Shown here: positions 44,010-50,579 of the stretch, in pieces | Layout of the letters: every line of letters starts with the position of its first letter | How positions within the stretch are numbered: the stretch's first letter is position 1 | From: a virus | Taxonomy: Duplodnaviria > Caudoviricetes | IMG/VR virus record: IMGVR_UViG_3300030511_000001 | Span: 1 to 64,000 of that record | Length of the DNA stretch: 64,000 nt | Reading direction: 5' to 3' (one strand) | Notes under the pieces: model-generated | Told to the model about the DNA's origin: nothing | The model's input: only the letters and a program-made list of their open reading frames with translations | Database searches by the model: none | Position numbers and translations under genes: made by a program

Positions 44010-44524
44010 TGCCGTCCTATCCGATCGTCGATCCCGATGCGTTCCTCACGGTGAACCGTCTCGCCATCTTGCAGCTCCTCCGCGAGATTCCGTACCTCGA
44101 CCCGACGCAGGGCGGCACGCTGACGTTCGTCACCGACCCGCGGACCTCGTTCGACTGGACGACATACACGCCGCCGGCGATGGTGCTGGCGCCGCGCGGT
44201 TCCGTGCTCGGCCACGCCGAGAGCAAACAGCAGGACGGGTGCGTTTTCGAGGAGGACTTGCAGTGGGCGCTGTTCGTGGTCGGGCGCAACTACGCGCTCG
44301 ACGGCAGCGGCGTCGCCGACATCGCGCCAGGCGAGCCGACCGTCGAGGTGATGCTCCACCACGCGCGGATCGCACTCTACGGCCGCGTGGCGATGCTCTC
44401 GCCGCGGGCTGTGAAGGTCATGCCGGCCAACCCGCCGTTTTCCTCGCTCCCTCTCGAGCCGACGCGCGTGGTCTATCAGATGAACATCCGCACGAATTGG
44501 CTCATCCAGGGCCCGGTGCCGTGA
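44009..44524 (+). CDS. probable tail terminator
   Basis: position after gpG-like; PPAMVL, W.LFVV. Confidence 0.55.
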   Translation: MPSYPIVDPDAFLTVNRLAILQLLREIPYLDPTQGGTLTFVTDPRTSFDWTTYTPPAMVLAPRGSVLGHAESKQQDGCVFEEDLQWALFVVGRNYALDGSGVADIAPGEPTVEVMLHHARIALYGRVAMLSPRAVKVMPANPPFSSLPLEPTRVVYQMNIRTNWLIQGPVP

Positions 44525-44955
44525 TCCGACTTCCGCACGTCCGACAGGAGGATCGGTGGGGCTGCACGATCGCCGTGGTGGCAATGGTCACAGGGTGGAG
44601 CTATCGGGACGTCCGCGCGCTGTTCCCCACAAGCGTCGCTGAGCGCGAAGGTCTGATGCTGTGGGAGGTGTTCCAGACGTTCGCATGGTTCGGCTACGCG
44701 CTGCGTGTGTTCGGCCAGCAGAAATATGCCTTCTGGCCGGAGTGCGAGCGAGCTGCCGCCGGCGAGCCGTTCGCCGACGTGCACGTGTGCGAGGTTGTCG
44801 ATTTCGAGGGCGCGGACGGCCATCATCTCGTCGTAATGCTCGCTGATGGCTCCGTGCTCGATCCGCTCCGCGAGCAGCCGCGCCGATTGTCGGACTATCA
44901 CGCCGTCGTGTACGTCGCGGGCGTCTATCCGATCGACCCGCGGCCAGCGCCATGA
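44521..44955 (+). CDS. peptidase C39-like (papain-fold) protein
   Basis: Q...WGC.IA..AM..G..Y...H.VV...D...LDP. Confidence 0.65.
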   Translation: MIRLPHVRQEDRWGCTIAVVAMVTGWSYRDVRALFPTSVAEREGLMLWEVFQTFAWFGYALRVFGQQKYAFWPECERAAAGEPFADVHVCEVVDFEGADGHHLVVMLADGSVLDPLREQPRRLSDYHAVVYVAGVYPIDPRPAP

Positions 44956-45182
44956 CGCACTCCATCATCATCAGCGAGTCCACGCCGTTCATCCTGGCCG
45001 ACACGTGGTGCGGGCCGCGCTACATCGGCCGGCGACGGTGCTTCGCGTGTGGAGCTCGAGCACGGCGACGCCACCGCGTGACGCTAGTGCTGGTGCATCT
45101 CGCGACGCTGGACGTAGCACCCGCGTACGTGCAGCCGCGGCGCTGGCCGGTCTGCTGGCGGTGCGCCCGCGAGCTCCGGTAG
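44952..45182 (+). CDS. small Zn-finger-like protein
   Basis: CFACG...CWRC. Confidence 0.5.
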   Translation: MTHSIIISESTPFILADTWCGPRYIGRRRCFACGARARRRHRVTLVLVHLATLDVAPAYVQPRRWPVCWRCARELR

Positions 45183-45326
45183 CTCCTCGTCGATCGGCTG
45201 CTGCGCGGCGTGAATAATTCGGCGCATAAAATGCGCGCGAAAAGACACGGTGCTAAGCATTCTGCGAGGTAAGCCTTTCCGGTGCAGTGGTTTCAGCATG
45301 CCGTGGCCACGCCGCGCTGCAGTGAA

Positions 45327-45506
45327 TCAATCCGCCGTGCGGAGGCGAACCGCGACGATGACTCCGGCAGCTTCGTACGCTCTGCGCCGGATTTCACGCT
45401 GATGCTCCTCGAGGGCGCGGATGACCTCCTCGTCGGGCAGTCGGAACACGAGCCCGGAGACAGGATCGGCGTACGGATTGAGGTTCGGCGTGGCGTCGTC
45501 GGGCAT
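45327..45506 (-). CDS. small hypothetical protein, leaderless
   Basis: ATG 7 nt after TAGAAT (45514-45519, minus). Confidence 0.55.
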   Translation of the reverse strand: MPDDATPNLNPYADPVSGLVFRLPDEEVIRALEEHQREIRRRAYEAAGVIVAVRLRTAD

Positions 45507-45522
45507 GTGCGAGATTCTACGC

Positions 45523-45594
45523 GGGGCGGGCACGGAATCGAACCGTGCACCTCCGCGGCAGAGCCCTCCCGGCATTCACTCCGGCGACCGACCC
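45523..45594 (-). pseudogene. degenerate tRNA-like sequence
   Basis: acceptor GGGTCGG/CCCGCCC (6/7), perfect T-arm CACGG-TTCGATT-CCGTG, CT at 32-33, anticodon stem unpaired. Confidence 0.45.
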
Positions 45595-45652
45595 GCGGAA
45601 CCGACTGAAGGCCGGCCTCCGACCCACTGGAGACGACCACCCCGCGCCGATT

Positions 45653-46092
45653 CTACGTGTTCGCGATGCGCACGCGCGTGCTGTCGAACAGCTTGAACGA
45701 GGTATCCCCGACGTGCGCGCAGGTCGCGCCCCAAATGATGTGCACGCGCGTCACCTTGCCGATCGGTTCGTCCCGATCGTTGAGGAGCGTGTCGCCGGGG
45801 TGGAGCTCGTCGGGCGAGATGGAGATCGCGCGGTGCGCGGTTGCACCCCTGGCAGCGGGAGCTCGCCACGCTGGCGCGCGGCGGCCACAGCCTGTCCCAT
45901 ACGCGACGTCGACGGCGCAGTCGCGCAGTCGCGGCAGATGCCGTCCAGAAACTCCTGATTCGTGCTGTGGGCGATCATGCCCGGCAGATTGCCGGCGGGG
46001 CACTCGCGACAGAGCGCCAAGAGATCGGCGATGTTCAGGGTGTAGCCGAGGACTTGCTTGCGGGGGGCGGCGGCCTTCGTCGTGTTTTCCAT
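45653..46092 (-). CDS. leaderless hypothetical gene, apparently split by a frameshift near 45846-45849
   Basis: MENTTK frame (to 45751) degrades into shadow-like tail; alternate frame gives ISPDELHPGDTLL... to 45653. Confidence 0.5.
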
Positions 46093-46098
46093 GCGCCC

Positions 46099-46127
46099 AA
46101 TGTAATGCTAACCGGTAAGCATGTCAA
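46099..46127 (-). promoter_or_regulatory. promoter with 18-bp palindromic operator, copy D
   Basis: TTGACA-17-TACATT; palindrome 46105-46122. Confidence 0.9.
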
Positions 46128-46209
46128 GGGGGCGGGTGTAGAATCTCCGCAGTCAAGTCGAGACCCGAAGCACCTGCAGCACCCAGTCACGTCAAGTTCA
46201 GGAGGCACC

Positions 46210-46797
46210 ATGGACAACACCACCGGAAACACCGGCGCCGAGGGCGCCGTGGCCGGAAACACCGGCACCACCTTCCGCATCCCGGGCACTGTCGAAGTCA
46301 CCTCGCCCAACACCTTCAGCATCGGCACTCCCGGCAACGGGCCGACCATGTCGCTCGACGGGACGCCCGTCGACTTCAGTCTGTTCGACGCGCGGCTGTT
46401 CGCGCTGCGCGAGCTGAAGGATTACACCGCGCACCTCGTTGGCGGTCTACTGACGATCATGGAGGCGGTCGTCACCGACGCGAAGCAACTCACGGCCGTG
46501 AAATCGCTCGTGAAGCGCGAAGTGTGGGAGGCGCACTACGAGGAGGCGTTGCGGTGGGCGCAGCGCCAGGCGGAGATCGAATTCAAAGCACTCGCCGCCT
46601 GGGACGCCTATCGCAGCACCGAGGAGGCGTCACGAAGCGCGTCCGGCGGCCCGCACCCCGTCGCGCCGCAGTCGTGGGCCGACGTCGTCACCGATCGCTT
46701 CATCGGCGTGAACGCCGCGTGGAACGTCTTCCCGTTCAGCCGCAACGGCGCGCCCGCGCCGATCGACGAGCGATTCCCCGACGCTGTGTCGCGGTAA
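46210..46797 (+). CDS. hypothetical protein
   Basis: GGAGG RBS; GTGTAGAAT upstream (46136-46144). Confidence 0.7.
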   Translation: MDNTTGNTGAEGAVAGNTGTTFRIPGTVEVTSPNTFSIGTPGNGPTMSLDGTPVDFSLFDARLFALRELKDYTAHLVGGLLTIMEAVVTDAKQLTAVKSLVKREVWEAHYEEALRWAQRQAEIEFKALAAWDAYRSTEEASRSASGGPHPVAPQSWADVVTDRFIGVNAAWNVFPFSRNGAPAPIDERFPDAVSR

Positions 46798-46867
46798 TCA
46801 CATAGCCGTCACATAAAACCCGCTCGACTTGACCGCGGGCCGGCGCGTGGCCGGCCCGCACCTTTCC

Positions 46868-47239
46868 TCAGCGCGCGGCGCTCGCCAGGTCGGCGACGTC
46901 GTACCACGTGAACGGCCAGACGCTACAGAACACGTAGCGGACATGCCGCTCGCGCGCGAGCGCGTCGAAGCACAAGGCGCACAGCTCGTGCTCGCCCCAT
47001 TCCGGCGTGGCGACGGCGTCCCAACATGCCCGCGTGACCGTGTAGCCGATGACGATGGGGCGCTCGCATCGTTCGCAGAGCTCCGGAAGGGCCAGCGGGA
47101 GGACCGTGACCTGCGTCCGCTCGCACTCCTCGAGCTGTTGCATGAACTTCTGGAACTCCGCGCGGGCATCTTCGTCCCAGTCGAGCCACGCGGCGAAGCG
47201 GTAGACGATCTCAGTGAGGGCTTTTCGGATTTTTCTCAT
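46868..47239 (-). CDS. hypothetical protein with Cys motifs
   Basis: CERC...ELCALCFD. Confidence 0.6.
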   Translation of the reverse strand: MRKIRKALTEIVYRFAAWLDWDEDARAEFQKFMQQLEECERTQVTVLPLALPELCERCERPIVIGYTVTRACWDAVATPEWGEHELCALCFDALARERHVRYVFCSVWPFTWYDVADLASAAR

Positions 47240-47333
47240 GCGATGGAAGACACGGAAGCGGCCGAATGGTGGCGGCGCGGACGATGGCGCCCCTCAGATA
47301 GTGACGTTCGCCGCTGATCCGTTTCAGCCGGAC

Positions 47334-47349
47334 TGTTCCACGTGGAACA
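47334..47349. promoter_or_regulatory. parS: parS-type 16-bp palindrome
   Basis: TGTTCCACGTGGAACA, perfect match to the chromosomal parS consensus. Confidence 0.8.
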
Positions 47350-47379
47350 CGCGCGCGTGCGCGCGCGCGGAGGGCCCAA

Positions 47380-47545
47380 CTTGACGAATTGCGCAAGTTG
47401 CCGGTTTAGCGTTCGAAGCGGTCAACACGTTGACCATTCGGGCCAAATGTAAACAGGCGCTTTACAGCTTTACATCGGCTCTGCGCAAATAACTATCGGA
47501 TTTCGGCCCGGAAAAGTTGCGTGGTTTCTCACTTTTTGCGTGAAG
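47380..47545. other. AT-enriched non-coding region with inverted repeats (origin/terminus-like)
   Basis: AACTTG/CAAGTT, GGTCAAC/GTTGACC, GTAAA/TTTAC inverted repeats. Confidence 0.45.
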
Positions 47546-47686
47546 CGCCGCGCGCCCGCGAACCGCCTGCACCAGCGCCTTCACTCCGGCGCGGCCTACG
47601 GGTCTACCGCTTGGTGGGTTCCGTCATGGCGTCCCGGCCCAACGTCGCACGCCGCGCGCGGCGCGATCGCATTGTAGTGGCGGGAC

Positions 47687-47714
47687 TTGCGAAGTCTCCC
47701 CGCCTTTGTGCGAC
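47687..47714 (+). repeat. 28-bp repeat copy 2 (candidate late promoter)
   Basis: TTGCGAAGTCTCCCCGCCTTTGTGCGAC upstream of tail operon. Confidence 0.8.
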
Positions 47715-47875
47715 GCTGGCAGAGTCAACGACGCTTCTGAACCTGACGGCAGGGCCGCTCGGTTCACTGGGGGGCGTTGGAAAGTAGCCGCGAGAGCTCG
47801 TCGAGCGTGGGGGCGCGACACGAGAGCGAGCGGCGGAACGGTCCAACAACTCATTTTCAGTGAAGGAGTTCCACC

Positions 47876-49153
47876 ATGCCGCCTTACGGTCAGGGAACGA
47901 GCGAATCGCTCACTCTCGGCTTCGAAAACGGCTTCAAGACGATGCCCAACGCGCCGGTCACCGGCGACAAGGTGCCCGTCACGAGCCCGAACATCCGCCC
48001 CGAGCGGAACAAGTTCACCTCCAACGCACTCACCGGCTCCCATGAGCCCCGGCCGATCGTCTTCGGGAAGGTCGGCGTCTCCGGTTCGTTCGGTCTCGAG
48101 TGCAATCCCGCTTCGCTGATGCCGGTCTGCAAGGGCCTGTTCGGCGGCGTCCGCAGCAGCGGCGTCTCCGGCGTCTTTGCCGTCGAGTACTACCTCTCGA
48201 CGATGCTGCCGATGTTCATCCAGCAGAGCCACGCCGACATCAATCAGTATCTCCTCTGGAACGGCATCTACCTCGGCTCGACCACGTGGCAGTTCGGGTC
48301 CGAAGGTCTGATGGAGTGCACGGTCAACGTCATGGGCGCGAAGCAGTCCGTCTTCAGCGCCACGCAGATCGGCGGCACCGTCACCGACCGCACCGGCTAT
48401 GAGCCGTTCTCCTACCTCCTCGTCCGCATCAAACAGGGCGGGACGGTCATCGGCTATTCGCAGGCCGTCGAGCTCACGATCGATCGGAAGCTCGGCAAGG
48501 CGATGGCCCAGGACCAGACGAACGAGGTGGCCGTCGTCTTCTCGGAAGTCGCCGAGATCATGGGCAAGATGACGGCGCTGTTTCAGGACGCCACGCTCCT
48601 GAACCTCGCGCTGTCGGGCGCGGAAACGTCGCTCGAAATCTGGCTCCCGAGCATCAACGGCTTCGGCCTGCTCGTCGAGCTGCCCACCATCAAGTTCCGC
48701 CCGCCCGCGGTCGTCACGAACGGCACGGGCCTCGTCACGCAGGAGCTGGAGTTCGACGTCTACGGGAAGGCCGGCGTGAGCCTGCACCCGGGCCGCGTGC
48801 GCTCCAACTACATCAGCGGATCCACCACCGCGCTCGACACGCTCACCCTCGTCATCGCCGTCGACGGCGGCGCCGATCAGACGGTGACGTTCGCGAACCC
48901 GGCCGACGTGAACGCCGTCGTCACGCAGATCAACGCGCAGACGACCGGCCTGACGGCGAGCCTCGACCGCGCGGCGACGGACACCACCGCCGGCGTGATC
49001 CGCATCGAGTCGGACACGAAGGGCACGACGTCGAGTGTCGTGGTGAAGGCCGCGTCGACCGCGGACGTGATCCTCGGCTTCGACAACGCCGTCCACTCGG
49101 GTCTCGACGGCAAATCCATCCTCGTCACCATTCTCACGCCGGTCGCGGCGTAA
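47876..49153 (+). CDS. major tail (tube) protein with C-terminal extra domain
   Basis: GFE..F...P...S.AL.GS..P...VSG.F..E; GAAGGAG RBS; precedes chaperone/TMP. Confidence 0.8.
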   Translation: MPPYGQGTSESLTLGFENGFKTMPNAPVTGDKVPVTSPNIRPERNKFTSNALTGSHEPRPIVFGKVGVSGSFGLECNPASLMPVCKGLFGGVRSSGVSGVFAVEYYLSTMLPMFIQQSHADINQYLLWNGIYLGSTTWQFGSEGLMECTVNVMGAKQSVFSATQIGGTVTDRTGYEPFSYLLVRIKQGGTVIGYSQAVELTIDRKLGKAMAQDQTNEVAVVFSEVAEIMGKMTALFQDATLLNLALSGAETSLEIWLPSINGFGLLVELPTIKFRPPAVVTNGTGLVTQELEFDVYGKAGVSLHPGRVRSNYISGSTTALDTLTLVIAVDGGADQTVTFANPADVNAVVTQINAQTTGLTASLDRAATDTTAGVIRIESDTKGTTSSVVVKAASTADVILGFDNAVHSGLDGKSILVTILTPVAA

Positions 49154-49218
49154 GGAGCCCCGCGGGCGGTGCTCACCACACCGCCCGCAAAAAATCTGAA
49201 GGAGAGAACGAAAGCATC

Positions 49219-49752
49219 ATGGATATTCGCAACGCAATCGTCACCACCCCCGGCCGCACGCGCATCGTTCACCCGCTGTCCGACCCGAAGAAGGTTCACC
49301 CGCGCTTTCTCGACCCCGAGTTCTTCGTCGAGGTGAAGGAGGAATCCAACACCGCGACGGCGCGCCGGTGGGACCTCTTCAAGTTCAATCCGAACAACCT
49401 GAAGGACAAGCGGTACGCCGAGAAGCAGATGAAGGTGGCCGAGCAGTCCGTGCAGGATCTCGTCGTCAACTTCGGCGGCCTGTTCAACGCCGGCGAGCCG
49501 ATCGCGTGCAACCCGGAAGGGCGCGCGCTGCTCACCCGCGCATCGGTGGAGTGCTTCGTCCAGGACGAGGACGAGGACGAGACGGTGAAGACCGCGGTCG
49601 GCAAGGTCGGCGACGACGAGCCGGAAGACGAACGCGAGGAAGCCCTCGACCTCGAGGAGCGTGAGACCGAGTGGAAGTCGCTGTGGGTGCTCACGCAGGA
49701 AGCGATCGCCGATCAGAAGAAGGAAGAAGCGGGAAACTCGACGCGCTCGTAG
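49219..49752 (+). CDS. tail assembly chaperone (gpG-like)
   Basis: acidic 177 aa between tube and TMP with slippery site. Confidence 0.8.
   Translation: MDIRNAIVTTPGRTRIVHPLSDPKKVHPRFLDPEFFVEVKEESNTATARRWDLFKFNPNNLKDKRYAEKQMKVAEQSVQDLVVNFGGLFNAGEPIACNPEGRALLTRASVECFVQDEDEDETVKTAVGKVGDDEPEDEREEALDLEERETEWKSLWVLTQEAIADQKKEEAGNSTRS
49731..49737 (+). other. -1 programmed ribosomal frameshift site G GGA AAC
   Basis: X XXY YYZ heptamer in frame; -1 frame open to 50165. Confidence 0.85.
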
Positions 49753-50165
49753 CCTACTTTTTCGGGGAGCCGGTGTCGGGCGGACAACGGCAATCCCCAG
49801 GCAAGAGCGCATGTGATCTTTGCCGCCTACGTGGTCTCGAGGCCGGGTTGCCGAAGAAGGACAACCCGGCCGAACAGATTTGTTTCGCAAACCGCGCGGC
49901 AGGGCCGGGCGGCTGTATCAACCCGGAGCCGACCGTTCACTTCCGCCTTGCGGGGACGTGGGCCGTCGTGGGGCTTGTGCAGCAGGGCTATCGCGCTGAC
50001 GGGATGACCGGGCGTTTTGAGCGGCCGTCATGGGCCGACATCGAGACGATAGCGCGGGGCTGCGGCGAGCCCTGGGACGAGACCACGATCGCGCGCCTGA
50101 CGAAGTGGCTCGCCGGCTTCGATGATCGGTTGCCGAAGCCGAAGTCCAAAGGAGCCGCGCGATGA
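49731..50165 (+). CDS. tail assembly chaperone frameshift extension (gpT-like)
   Basis: -1 frame KLDALVAYFFG... Confidence 0.75.
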   Translation, partial: GKLDALVAYFFGEPVSGGQRQSPGKSACDLCRLRGLEAGLPKKDNPAEQICFANRAAGPGGCINPEPTVHFRLAGTWAVVGLVQQGYRADGMTGRFERPSWADIETIARGCGEPWDETTIARLTKWLAGFDDRLPKPKSKGAAR

Positions 50166-50578
50166 AAAAGACGGTTGCCACGCTCGTCATGCTGATCGCT
50201 GGCGCCTTCGCCGCGCTCGTCCTCGCCGACGAGCCGGCGCCGGCGCCCTCGCGTCCTGTCATTCCGATCGCCAAGGCGAAGAAGGGCTGCACGTTCCGTG
50301 TGGGCGGGCTGCGCAACTCCGTCTATTACGAAGCGGCGTACATCGTCGCGAAGCGCCTCATGCCGATCGGCGAGCCGGACGAGTTCTGGATCGTCTTCCC
50401 GAATCGCGAGCAGGACCGCGACGAGTCGGGCCACCTCCGGACGAACAACGTCAGCGCCGATCGCGTGCTGTTCATGAGCCCCAAAGACGGGCCGGTGATC
50501 GTGCTGCGCGATGGCCTGAAGTGCAAGTGCCCGCCGGCGCTGTGGGGAGCTGCGAGCGGAGTGAGCGCGGAGCACTGA
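50162..50578 (+). CDS. secreted protein inserted in tail operon
   Basis: signal peptide MKKTVATLVMLIAGAFAALVLA. Confidence 0.7.
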   Translation: MKKTVATLVMLIAGAFAALVLADEPAPAPSRPVIPIAKAKKGCTFRVGGLRNSVYYEAAYIVAKRLMPIGEPDEFWIVFPNREQDRDESGHLRTNNVSADRVLFMSPKDGPVIVLRDGLKCKCPPALWGAASGVSAEH

Positions 50579-50579
50579 G

